Source: Saccharolobus solfataricus P2 (GTDB taxonomy: Archaea; Thermoproteota; Thermoprotei_A; Sulfolobales; Sulfolobaceae). Taken from it: 64,000 nucleotides of DNA. The first letter of the stretch is position 1. Each line of letters starts with the position of its first letter. The DNA is taken from the NCBI RefSeq assembly GCF_000007005.1, contig NC_002754.1; one strand, written 5' to 3'. A program made the position numbers and the translations under genes. The notes below the pieces were generated by a model. It searched no databases. It saw nothing but the letters and a program-made list of their open reading frames with translations, and was not told where the DNA came from. Below, one piece after another: positions 33,060 through 43,219 of the stretch.

Positions 33060-34571
33060 CTGACTTTCTCCCCGCCCTGAAAGGGCGATGGTTCCCCTTC
33101 CAGAGGGATCATCGTTCCCACCATCGATTCGGGTTTACATCTCTCATCTGGTGGGCAGTCGAGTGGATCAGAGATCCACTCCCATTCGAATAGGGGACTT
33201 TCATCCATAACGTCTAGTCCCTTAAGAAATACTAGATGCTCCTCCCACAGTCCCATTAAGCCCTCAATCGAGCTGGGGAGCTTCCGGTATAAAAACTTTT
33301 CCTTGAAAATCGAGCATAATTCACACTACTTACGCAAGTGATGAAACCTGCTTTACTCACTAGCATCAAAGGGCTTATTATAATACAGCACAGCCCAAGT
33401 AATAACAGCCAACTTCCTTGCACATGCAACAATCAACTTCTTACCCTTTAACCTACCCTTGTGCTCCTCATAAAAACGCTTGATAACAGGATTAACCTTG
33501 ATGGCAGTCAAAGCTGCAAGATAGAAAGCCCTCCTCAAAACAGCGTCACCTTTTTTAGAAATACCTCTCGATACAACACTCTTACCACTAGACTCAACAA
33601 CTGGGTCAAGACCACAATAAGCAACAAACCTCTTCTTATCACTAAAGCGCTTAACATCACCAACCCTAGCCAAAATAATACAACCCAAGGTTTTACCAAT
33701 ACCAGGAATAGTGAAAATCAAACTATCCTTGGAAACAACATTCTCAAGCTCTTTCTCAATCTCCCTCTTCCTAGTTTTAAGCCTCTCAAGCTCCTCCAAA
33801 AGAAACCTAACCTCAGCCAAGACAATACTATCCCCACCCCTCAAAACCTCCTCCAAATTCCTCTTTGACAAACTATCCCTATAGCCTAGAAGTACCAAAT
33901 CCCTCCTCAACCTATTCTTAACCCTAGCAATACTCCTAGTAACAAAATCCCACTGGCTAGTCAACTCCCTAGCATCACTTGTTGTAAACCCACTACACAT
34001 ACTTACAACTAATTCCGCAAGCTTTTTAGCATCATTCTTATCACTCTTCTTACCCCTAAAATCCTTGAACTTCTTGAGAATAAAGGGATTAATGATCCTA
34101 ACATCATACTCACCCATCAAGTACTTTGCTAGGTTAACGTGGTAAACTCCAGTACTCTCAATACCCACTTTGCAACCCTTAGGTAAGATCTTCCTTATCT
34201 CCTCATAACCTCGCTTATCATTAGTAAACTCGTAGAGTTTACCTTGAAAATACACGATTAATTTATCTTTTGATACATCTATTCCTGCAACTGGGGCCTC
34301 CAATTATACTCACCCTTATGTTTTATTCGGGCTTTTTGCCCAACTTCCGGTCCGAATTGGAGGCGGCCAAGCTCCCCATCGGGCTTTAAGCCCAAGGAGC
34401 GTCACGGCCTACACCCCAGTCAGATCTGTATTACACAGATCTGACTAATATGTTTTATATAAGGAGCGCCGTTAGCATCACTAAAAGATATCTCAACAAG
34501 GAAGTATTTAAATATAAGGGGCTATCCATCCCCGCTGGCGAGGCTTTCCTCCCCCTTAACCTCCAATTTTT
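33060..34571 (-). mobile_element. ~330-bp tnpB-less IS605 MITE (SMN1-sized) interrupted by IS110
   Basis: TTAC-preceded left end at 34571; right end ...GAAAGTCAG at 33060; retains tnpB tail ([13 protein letters not shown]-like); 329 bp after removing IS110. Confidence 0.75.
33279..34463 (-). mobile_element. ISC1190-like IS110 copy B, transposase 33353..34303
   Basis: Highly similar to copy A; CT core at both junctions; target GGCGCTC-CT-CCCCAG. Confidence 0.93.
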
Positions 34572-34643
34572 GTAAAGTGAAAAGGTTTACGGTTAACTTT
34601 TATTAACGAATTAGCTTTTTATTCTTAGCTCACTATATCTCTT

Positions 34644-35825
34644 ATGGATTTAGTTGAGAAGTTGAAGAACGACGTGAAGGAAATAGAGGATTGGATAATT
34701 CAAATTAGGAGGAAAATTCACGAGAATCCTGAACTTTCCTATAAAGAGTATAGCACCTCTAAACTAGTGGCAGAAACGTTAAGGAAATTGGGAATAGAAG
34801 TAGAGGAGGGCGTTGGATTACCCACTGCAGTAGTTGGTAAGATTAGGGGAAATAAACCCGGGAAGACAGTTGCCTTAAGAGCGGATATGGATGCCCTCCC
34901 CGTAGAGGAGACTAGTGACGTAGAGTTCAAGTCCAAGGTTAAAGGGGTAATGCACGCGTGTGGTCATGACACTCACGTAGCAATGCTCTTAGGTGGAGCT
35001 TATCTCTTGGTTAAAAATAAAGATTTAATCAGTGGCGAAATTAGGTTAATATTTCAGCCCGCAGAGGAGGATGGAGGATTAGGAGGAGCGAAACCAATGA
35101 TCGAGGCTGGAGTCATGAATGGTGTAGATTACGTATTTGGTATACATATATCCAGTAGCTATCCATCTGGAGTCTTCGCAACTAGAAAAGGTCCAATAAT
35201 GGCTACGCCAGATGCGTTTAAGATTGTGGTTCACGGAAAGGGCGGTCACGGTTCTGCTCCTCATGAGACCATAGACCCAATTTTCATATCATTACAAATA
35301 GCCAACGCAATTTACGGTATAACAGCTAGGCAAATCGATCCCGTTCAACCCTTCGTCATATCCATAACTACGATACATTCTGGGACAAAGGATAATATAA
35401 TACCAGATGACGCTGAAATGCAGGGAACGATTAGAAGTCTAGACGAGAATGTTAGGAGTAAGGCTAAGGATTACATGAGGAGAATAGTTTCATCAATATG
35501 CGGAATTTATGGTGCAACTTGTGAGGTCAAATTCATGGAGGACGTCTATCCAATTACAGTAAATAACCCAGAAGTAACTGATGAGGTGATGAAAATTCTA
35601 TCTTCAATATCCACAGTCGTTGAGACTGAGCCAGTTCTAGGAGCTGAGGATTTCTCTAGGTTCCTACAGAAAGCTCCCGGTATGTATTTCTTCCTGGGAA
35701 CTAGAAATGAGAAGAAAGGTTGCATATATCCCAACCATAGCTCTAAGTTCTGCGTAGATGAGGATGTGTTGAAACTAGGTGCTTTAGCCCACGCATTATT
35801 GGCAATAAAGTTCAGTAACAAATAA
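34644..35825 (+). CDS. cpsA: M20 family thermostable carboxypeptidase/amidohydrolase
   Basis: HENPELS, LRADMDALP, MHACGHD, FQPAEE, GAEDFS, NHSSKF. Confidence 0.9.
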   Translation: MDLVEKLKNDVKEIEDWIIQIRRKIHENPELSYKEYSTSKLVAETLRKLGIEVEEGVGLPTAVVGKIRGNKPGKTVALRADMDALPVEETSDVEFKSKVKGVMHACGHDTHVAMLLGGAYLLVKNKDLISGEIRLIFQPAEEDGGLGGAKPMIEAGVMNGVDYVFGIHISSSYPSGVFATRKGPIMATPDAFKIVVHGKGGHGSAPHETIDPIFISLQIANAIYGITARQIDPVQPFVISITTIHSGTKDNIIPDDAEMQGTIRSLDENVRSKAKDYMRRIVSSICGIYGATCEVKFMEDVYPITVNNPEVTDEVMKILSSISTVVETEPVLGAEDFSRFLQKAPGMYFFLGTRNEKKGCIYPNHSSKFCVDEDVLKLGALAHALLAIKFSNK

Positions 35826-35848
35826 AGGATTTAATAATTAAGTGATTA

Positions 35849-36328
35849 TTGGAAATGGATAAGGAAAAGGTTCTAAATATTTTGAGGAATTCCTCAAACT
35901 TACCCTTAGATTTAATTAGGAGACTCCTTTCAGACAAGGATAAGGATATTAAACACGAAGCGTGGAATTACGTTATTTCGAACGTAAGGGATAAGGATTT
36001 CCTATTGGAACTTTTATCATTTCACGATACTGGGACTAGGTATAGAGCGTGGAATAGTGTTCCTGAGTTCGTAGAGAGGGGTATATTAACTTTGGAAGAG
36101 GTTATCAAAAGAAAAGAACATTTCCTTGAAATGCTAAAAGATAGCAATAAGGTCGTAAGGGCGCTATCTTGGTATGTTACGTTAAAACCCCTACTAGAAA
36201 TGAATGTGGTAAGTCTAGGAGAAGTTCTTAGCTATTCGCCTTTCCTATGTGAGTTAATTAACTCAGAATTTCATGAAGTCGTAGAAGGAGTTATGCAGGA
36301 GTTTAAGATCACGTGCAAATTTATATAG
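35849..36328 (+). CDS. HEAT/ARM-like helical hypothetical protein
   Basis: Repeated LLSD.D.D....AW / LKDSNKVVRALSW units. Confidence 0.6.
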   Translation: MEMDKEKVLNILRNSSNLPLDLIRRLLSDKDKDIKHEAWNYVISNVRDKDFLLELLSFHDTGTRYRAWNSVPEFVERGILTLEEVIKRKEHFLEMLKDSNKVVRALSWYVTLKPLLEMNVVSLGEVLSYSPFLCELINSEFHEVVEGVMQEFKITCKFI

Positions 36329-36462
36329 AATAGAAGATGTGGTTATTCATATAAATATATGAAATTTATTTTCGTCTATTTTACTTATGAAATACCTTAT
36401 ATAAGTATTATAGATCTTTTCCCGAAATCCTTTTATTTCTAACTTATAATTAGCTGATTAGA

Positions 36463-37191
36463 TTGATTTCAATTATCATACCGGCATTTAATGAGGAAAG
36501 AAGAATTGGTAGGACGTTGGAGAAAATATCGTCAACACTACCTAATGCTGAAATAGTGGTAGTATTTGATGGACATGATAATACGCCAGAGGTTGTTAAG
36601 AAATTTCCCGTAAAGCTCCTAATAAGTGAGAGCAGACTTGGTAAAGGGGGAGCGATAAAGAGAGGAATTAATGAAAGCAATTTCCAGAGAGTTTTGTTAT
36701 TAGATGCCGATTTTCCCATAACTGAGGAGGAATTAGATAAAATCTTAAGCACTGACGCTGACCTAGTCATACCTAAGAGGAAAATTGTGGGGATGCCATT
36801 AAAGAGGAAGTTCCTACATAAGGGATTTATAATAATTACTAAGATACTCTTTCCGTCGCTAGCAAAATTTTCGGACTTCCAAGCTGGTGTTAAGCTAGTA
36901 AATAGGGAAAAGGTTTTAGATATATTAGACGAGTTAATAATTAACGATTTTTTATTCGACGTTAACTTAATTTACGGATTTAAACGTAGACATTATAAAG
37001 TTAAAGAAGTTGAAATAAATTATATTCATGATGAGAGTGATAGTAAGATATCTAAAAAGTTAATAAAAGTCATAATTCTAATGTTCCTCTCCTTGATAAA
37101 ATTAAGAGTATATTATTCTCCGTTTAGGAAAATTCTATACACTAAAACTTACCTTAAAGCACAGGACTACATTTTACGAAAGCTTAGATAG
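36463..37191 (+). CDS. GT2 glycosyltransferase (dolichol-P sugar synthase-like)
   Basis: IIIPAFNEE, VVFDG, GKGGA, LLDAD. Confidence 0.88.
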   Translation: MISIIIPAFNEERRIGRTLEKISSTLPNAEIVVVFDGHDNTPEVVKKFPVKLLISESRLGKGGAIKRGINESNFQRVLLLDADFPITEEELDKILSTDADLVIPKRKIVGMPLKRKFLHKGFIIITKILFPSLAKFSDFQAGVKLVNREKVLDILDELIINDFLFDVNLIYGFKRRHYKVKEVEINYIHDESDSKISKKLIKVIILMFLSLIKLRVYYSPFRKILYTKTYLKAQDYILRKLR

Positions 37192-37713
37192 CCTACTAAT
37201 TATTATTCTTGAAATCAAGTTAAAGGTACCTGCAAAAAGGGCGATCCAGTAATAAGTTGTGGGATAACTTTCAACTAAAATTGTTACCATAACGTTTTTG
37301 TAAAATACAGTCATGTTCTGGCTCCCTATTATAAATAATGGATATTTCGTTGGAGTAACATACCCTACCACGTAATTAAATAATAAGTAAAATAAAAGAG
37401 GATCCAACAAGTAAAGATAGCTTATCCAAGTTATTAATAGGTAGTTATTGATTACGTCCTTTTTCAAGGCGAGATAAATGTAATAGAGGGAAACACTTAT
37501 CACATAAAATCTAAATGCGAACAAAATATAGTTTATTATTATACCTATTTCCAACTCTTTACCTAGAAATTCTAGATAAAATGAGAAGAGGCTATCCTTA
37601 ATTACTACCATTCCTCCAGCGGAATAATACCACCAATAACCTGGTAATAACGCTACAAGTACATTTAGTAACATGCTTATAGTCAATATTAACGTTCTTT
37701 TTGTAACTATCAT
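37174..37713 (-). CDS. Membrane hypothetical protein
   Basis: Four hydrophobic segments. Confidence 0.65.
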   Translation of the reverse strand: MIVTKRTLILTISMLLNVLVALLPGYWWYYSAGGMVVIKDSLFSFYLEFLGKELEIGIIINYILFAFRFYVISVSLYYIYLALKKDVINNYLLITWISYLYLLDPLLFYLLFNYVVGYVTPTKYPLFIIGSQNMTVFYKNVMVTILVESYPTTYYWIALFAGTFNLISRIIISRLSKLS

Positions 37714-38120
37714 ATCATCTCACTTTGTGAAAAAGTTGTGTTGAACATCTTCATCACTATCGTCAAGTTATATGAATTATCGTGAATAGCCCTCTCGAAC
37801 ATTTCCAAATTAGTCACAACCACACTAATGTTCTTTACCTCATTAGGGTTAATTGTTACCGGTTTTGATAAGTAAGTGTAATCCCCAGTTACGTTTAGTA
37901 AGGTTATTGGGAAGTTGAGAGTATTGTTAAAAGTTAAGATTAACTGGTTATTGGAAATAACTAGACCTATTTTTGGTTGCGAAGTGAATAATATGAGTAT
38001 GGTGGAGTTGATTTGGTTCAAAGTTGTTTGAAGTAAACCGTTGAAGTTATTAATCATGGCAAACTGAACAATTAGTACTGAAATGAACACTATTAAACCT
38101 ATAATTTTACCTAAATCCAC
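37710..38120 (-). CDS. Membrane-anchored hypothetical protein
   Basis: N-terminal TM, beta-rich C-terminus; overlaps downstream gene. Confidence 0.65.
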   Translation of the reverse strand: MDLGKIIGLIVFISVLIVQFAMINNFNGLLQTTLNQINSTILILFTSQPKIGLVISNNQLILTFNNTLNFPITLLNVTGDYTYLSKPVTINPNEVKNISVVVTNLEMFERAIHDNSYNLTIVMKMFNTTFSQSEMI

Positions 38121-38143
38121 GTTTTAATATTATATGAAAACCA

Positions 38144-39268
38144 CTATAAATGTTTCAAGGATAAAAGTGATATGATAGATATTATACACCCAACGTCCAA
38201 GGCTAACATTGATATAGAGAAGCTATGGGTCAAATACAGTGTCAAACCTACAAATGATGGAGCGATCATCGTCCCAATTTGGGATACGGCGTTGGCGTAA
38301 CCTATTGAAGTTCCCGCACTAGATTGCCCAGCTATTCTCATTATTAGAGAATCAGTTGGAGGTCTATATGAGAACGAGAAAATCCCCAATAAGAAGGCCT
38401 CGGGTAATATATCGATGTTATTTGAGAAAATTATTGAAAACGTTAGTAAGATGAATCCTATCAGATTTATTAAGATAACGGTTCTATCGCCAAATCTTTC
38501 CACTAACCTTTCCACACTTAAAATCCCTACTAGCTGACCAACTCCGAAAAGAAGAAGAAATAGGGCTGATAAAGTCGGAGAGATGTTTCTATAAAGTACT
38601 AACATTGGGAAAATCCACGTTGTTGTACCCCACGTGGACCACAGCTCCCCTAATCTAATTAGCGTTGCAATTGTTATTTTTCTATCAAGGATTATCTTGA
38701 ACGACCTCTTGATTTCAGTCCTATTGACATCTATCCTATTGAAATGACTGAAAATTGCAATTAGCCCGAAACTTATGGCCATGATTAGGTAAATAAATCT
38801 CCATAAATGCAACAGAAAACTTGCTATTATACCCAAGGTGATGATAGTTATTGGTCCTGCACTTTCCACTAAAGCCACGTAAAATGTGAACTTTGAGCTG
38901 TTGGAGTAACTAACTGCCACTATTTTCATGGCTGATGGAAATATGGCAGCTGTTATAAGTCCTTCTATGAGGTAGGCTACGAGTAGAATAGCGTAACTTG
39001 TAAGGAAGAGAAAGAGTAATAGATTCATTCCTACTAAGAGAATCGATGCGTACTCCACAGCACTACTTGGGCCTATTCTATCTATAATCAAACCCCAAGG
39101 GATTGAGGAAACTACATAACCTATGTAAAAGACTGTGGCAACTAGCCCAATCTGTATGGAGTTTAAGTGAAAAACTAAGGCTATTGGCAATGATATGACT
39201 CCCCAACTGAGCCTTAAAAACAACTGAAGAAAAGTACCAATCCAACTCACTATTATATTTCTTAACAC
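38144..39268 (-). CDS. MFS transporter
   Basis: About 12 TM segments; GLIIDRIG and VERFG motif-A-like loops. Confidence 0.88.
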   Translation of the reverse strand: MLRNIIVSWIGTFLQLFLRLSWGVISLPIALVFHLNSIQIGLVATVFYIGYVVSSIPWGLIIDRIGPSSAVEYASILLVGMNLLLFLFLTSYAILLVAYLIEGLITAAIFPSAMKIVAVSYSNSSKFTFYVALVESAGPITIITLGIIASFLLHLWRFIYLIMAISFGLIAIFSHFNRIDVNRTEIKRSFKIILDRKITIATLIRLGELWSTWGTTTWIFPMLVLYRNISPTLSALFLLLFGVGQLVGILSVERLVERFGDRTVILINLIGFILLTFSIIFSNNIDILPEAFLLGIFSFSYRPPTDSLIMRIAGQSSAGTSIGYANAVSQIGTMIAPSFVGLTLYLTHSFSISMLALDVGCIISIISLLSLKHL

Positions 39269-39364
39269 AAAATGACAATGAGTTAAATCTCTCTTTTATG
39301 ATTATCGTTCTAAAATATATTTAGCATAAAATAATTTTATAATCTCCTAGGCGTATATTCAATT

Positions 39365-39841
39365 ATGCCAAGAGAGTTAACCCCCATTGAGCAGTTACAA
39401 TTACTTTTACCAGGTTATAGGGGGTATAAAGCAAAAGATCTAATTAGACAAGACGATTTCCTAGTTAGAAGAGCAGTTATTGATAGATTAGAACAAACGA
39501 TAAGGATAATCTCAGAAAAGGAAAGCTTTATTGCCTCAACCGATCCATTTTCACCCCAACTTAAGGTAATGGAGTTCTTGATCTCTAAAATCAGGGAGTT
39601 AATAAACAATATAATGTCAAGTCAGGGTGGAGGTGCGGATATTTACGCCAGGTGGAAAGTTACAACTGAGGAGTTGGATCAAATAGTTAATCACGATATG
39701 AAAATGATTGATATTGCTTCACAATTAGTGGAGCTTGCTAAGAATAATAGAATTGAAGAGTTCGAACCATTACTTAATGACCTAAGAGCAGTATTTTATG
39801 ATAGAATGAAATTATTTTATCCTCCAGAACTTAGAAAATAG
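39365..39841 (+). CDS. Helical hypothetical protein (LPGYRGYK motif)
   Basis: 158 aa coiled/helical ORF upstream of SPFH gene. Confidence 0.7.
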   Translation: MPRELTPIEQLQLLLPGYRGYKAKDLIRQDDFLVRRAVIDRLEQTIRIISEKESFIASTDPFSPQLKVMEFLISKIRELINNIMSSQGGGADIYARWKVTTEELDQIVNHDMKMIDIASQLVELAKNNRIEEFEPLLNDLRAVFYDRMKLFYPPELRK

Positions 39842-39884
39842 TTACGAAAAAATTTAAATATCAACACTAGAATAATTCTAATAT

Positions 39885-40751
39885 ATGTCTTTAACCATTA
39901 GAGGTCAAGTTATTTCGACAGAAAAAGAAGATGGATCGAGTTTTATGACAGCTGATGCTATAATTTTCAAATACCCAAAGGAGGCAATTACTTCGAAATC
40001 ACTTATAATAGTACAACCCACAGAGAGAGCCATAGTTTTAATACAAGGACAAATTGTTGCAGATTTACCTCCCGGTAGTCATAATATTCAAACTCCAGGG
40101 AATCCGGTTTCAGCTTTTCTATCTAAGTTTAGGTATAACACGTTACCATATGATACTGTAGTTTATTTCATCTCGACCACCAGACATGAGGTTAGAGTAG
40201 CGGGTGTTAGCCAGACAGATGACCTAGTACCCTTAGAGTATGAGACCGCAATATACTTTAGAGTTCAAAACCCTGCAGCCTTAGTCACAAATGTCCAGTT
40301 CGGTTCCCTATATTTCAAAGACGCAGATCTAGCTCATTATATTTCACCAATTGTAGATCAAGAAGTTAGTTCAGTACTTAATCGTGTAAATCTAACTGAT
40401 GTTTTCAAGAAGTTCTCTGAAATTTCTACTGCAGTTACGGCAGCGTTAAAGCAATTCCTAGCAGAAATAGGTGTAGACCTAATATCTGTAAGAATAACTA
40501 GACTTCTGCCTCAAGATCCAGAGCTGAGAAGAATAATACAATTAAGGGATATGGGAATACCATTAATGGATGCAGTTCGAATGGGTTTGGCTAGAATATT
40601 AGCTGAACAGCAGAACGCAGCAGCAGTCAATATGGCAATCGGAGTGCCGTATTATCCAAACCTATCAACAATAGTTAATCTACCAGATGGCCTAATAAGA
40701 GTAGGTATAGGTAGAAGGGGGCAACAACAGAGTGGTGGAGCACAACAGTAG
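39885..40751 (+). CDS. SPFH/band-7 domain protein (YdjI-like)
   Basis: LIIVQPTERAIV..QGQI...LPPG.H; FRVQNP; IGVDLISVRIT. Confidence 0.78.
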   Translation: MSLTIRGQVISTEKEDGSSFMTADAIIFKYPKEAITSKSLIIVQPTERAIVLIQGQIVADLPPGSHNIQTPGNPVSAFLSKFRYNTLPYDTVVYFISTTRHEVRVAGVSQTDDLVPLEYETAIYFRVQNPAALVTNVQFGSLYFKDADLAHYISPIVDQEVSSVLNRVNLTDVFKKFSEISTAVTAALKQFLAEIGVDLISVRITRLLPQDPELRRIIQLRDMGIPLMDAVRMGLARILAEQQNAAAVNMAIGVPYYPNLSTIVNLPDGLIRVGIGRRGQQQSGGAQQ

Positions 40752-41148
40752 AATTTTAGGTTATAATATTGCCACGTCAATTGGGTATTCTTTTATCCTA
40801 ACTATAATTATGGCCATAGTATCGTTAATAGTTAAGGCATTTTATCCTCCAAGTACCTTTGATATTTCACCAATTGAAGCCATGATTCACTCCCCTGCGG
40901 AAGGAATAGTGCAGATTTTAATATTGGTAATATTAGTAGTATTTGTCTTCCCTACGAGAACAAATCTTGAAAAGTCGTCTTTAATTCAAGTTAGAAAGAT
41001 AGCGTTAATCACTGCATCATCTTATTTGGTATTTTCCTTATTGCCATATGCCTTCCAAGTGTCTTATCCTCAAACGTACTTAGGATTAACGATAGCTTAT
41101 AATTTATTAAACGGTACATTTGCTGGATTTATAAGTACCATCGTATGA
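40732..41148 (+). CDS. Four-TM membrane protein
   Basis: Overlaps the SPFH gene end; hydrophobic. Confidence 0.7.
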   Translation: MVEHNSRILGYNIATSIGYSFILTIIMAIVSLIVKAFYPPSTFDISPIEAMIHSPAEGIVQILILVILVVFVFPTRTNLEKSSLIQVRKIALITASSYLVFSLLPYAFQVSYPQTYLGLTIAYNLLNGTFAGFISTIV

Positions 41149-41541
41149 ATGCTAGTTTTCTCGTTATAGAGGAATAATCCCTATTCTTGTTAATCAATAT
41201 TTAGGAGTCTACTCTATTATATTATGTTTATGAAATAAATTGAAGAGATCAACAAAGTACCTTGTTGGTTGTTCTCTTATTCAAGTACTTCACGGGTTTG
41301 AACCTCGGTACCAAGAAAATTGCTAGGTTGATAAAAAGTACTTATCAGACTTCTGAAGGGATAAAGAAATTGTTTATGCGGAGGAGAAAAACATACACTG
41401 CTAAACGGTATTTAAAAGCTCCTCAGAGTGAGATTAATGGCAAAACTTTTATTTTATTAAAAATAATTTTATAATTTGGAAAGATTTTCTATTTTGTTAG
41501 AAATATTTCTATAATTTAGTTTTTTATATAACCATAAAGAA

Positions 41542-42315
41542 TTAACTGAGTAGAGCAACCATCATCCCAAAATAACTTGGGACTTGATATTCCATCAACT
41601 TAACGCTATACTTATTATAACTACTCTCAAGAATTCCGAGCATTATGAGCAATTGCCAATAGCTATCGGGCTTCGCCTCACTAATAACTTTATCATCAAT
41701 CTTCATCAAATCCTCAAATCTTTCGCTCTTAAAAATATCTACAATAGTGGAATCGTAAACCGCAGCGTATTCTGAATAACCATAAGGTCCCTTAGGATCG
41801 TGGGTATGAGCGTGATCCGCACTAACTATTACTCCAACCCTTTTTCTATGATCTCTTAAAACTTCACCAATTACTACTCCAAACTTCCTCAATATCTCCC
41901 TTTTAACTCCCCTAGCTGGAGTCAACAATACAATTCTCCTCCTTTTCAAGAAGTAAAGAGGAATCGATGACCCCCAATCTAGCGCGATCTTTGACTCCTT
42001 TCCTTCTAAAGCCCCGAAATTAACACCAACCACCGGTAGGCCACTCCCTTTTGCCCTTTCATATATTTCGTAAGCCAATCCCCTATCACAAAGGTACTTT
42101 CTCTTGATTTTACCCCGCTTTCCTTCAGCGTATTGCGTTAATATTACCGCCATGTGATCGTCAATTCTTATATTATGGGGAGTAATTACGATGTACTTAT
42201 CAGCCTTAACTAAACTTGCAGCTTCCCTCATTGCCTTATTTAACAACGATGATTTTTCATCTTTTGGATCAATTATCTCATCTCCATGAGGTGCTACTAA
42301 AATAAAGCTTATCAC
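41542..42315 (-). CDS. LigB/MEMO-fold extradiol dioxygenase-like protein
   Basis: VAPHG, ITPHN, LDWGS.IPL, VSADHAH.H motifs. Confidence 0.75.
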   Translation of the reverse strand: MISFILVAPHGDEIIDPKDEKSSLLNKAMREAASLVKADKYIVITPHNIRIDDHMAVILTQYAEGKRGKIKRKYLCDRGLAYEIYERAKGSGLPVVGVNFGALEGKESKIALDWGSSIPLYFLKRRRIVLLTPARGVKREILRKFGVVIGEVLRDHRKRVGVIVSADHAHTHDPKGPYGYSEYAAVYDSTIVDIFKSERFEDLMKIDDKVISEAKPDSYWQLLIMLGILESSYNKYSVKLMEYQVPSYFGMMVALLS

Positions 42316-42439
42316 ATTTAACTCTTGCTATTTCAAACTTTAAGTTTTGTACTGTGTATCGCATTTCAACAAGATCTCGTTAACTTACTGTAGTATAATA
42401 TGGTAAGTTTATAAAGAGTTACTGTAGCATAGTACATAA

Positions 42440-43050
42440 TGAATGTTGAGGAATTAAAGAGAGTTATTGTTAATCAAAGGGAAATTATAGAGGAGAAGAG
42501 GAATTTAATTTCACCTTAGGTCGTTACACGATATAAAGGTGAGATTACTTTCTTACTCTTGTCTATCTAATCAGCTCAATAAAAACTTGTACAAGGGGAC
42601 GAGTTTTATCTTCTTACCCTCCCTTTCCTCTTCACCCTCAATATCGTAAGTGATCATTATTAACTCCTTAGTTCTTAACATTTCCTCAGCCTTTAGAAGA
42701 GATCTTATCTCCCTCTCTTCGATCTTATCTGAAGCGTAAGTCACTTGCAGCAGACGTGAGTTAACCTCATCATAAAAATCTATTTCGAAGTCCTTACCTT
42801 TAACGTAATATAGCCCTTTTAATTGGTTATCTCTTAACAGCTTTAAAGCAACTAAATTCTCCATAACCCTCCCCCTATCCTTAGCCCTCAGAGCTACTCT
42901 CGAAATTATGCCTTGGTCTACTACATATACTTTCTTATTAAACGTCAGCCTCTCCCTAGGCTTTTCACCGTACCTAGGCCTAAATGCCGTTGTCAATAGT
43001 TTCCGATAACCGTAAAGTTTATGTTATTTGATATCATTTAGCATTCCTAA
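42440..43050. pseudogene. AAA+/DUF4143 ATPase fragments: N-terminus on + (~42440, MNVEELKRVIVNQRE) and C-terminus on - (42571-~43050)
   Basis: KVYVVDQG, ENLVAL, EIDF, QVTY motifs. Confidence 0.65.
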
Positions 43051-43219
43051 CTATCTTTTCACGAAGTTTATAAACTTTTATGTTAACGTTAGAATAGAGA
43101 GCACCACCATGAACTCTATGAGCAATGTGAGAGGGAGGAAGATGCTCAATGAAACCCCCATGTCCTCGAAGGGAGTGGTTTGACTACCGCTCCCGTAGAC
43201 GGCACGGGGAGGGAAATAA

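Noticed and set aside
33056-33256. 66-aa ORF as a novel small gene
   Set aside because: Overlaps the tnpB tail and right end of the MITE.
33461-33868. Antisense ORFs inside IS110 copies (also 43823.., 49696.., 12262..)
   Set aside because: Recur only because the element is repeated; lengths vary; composition is typical of shadow frames.
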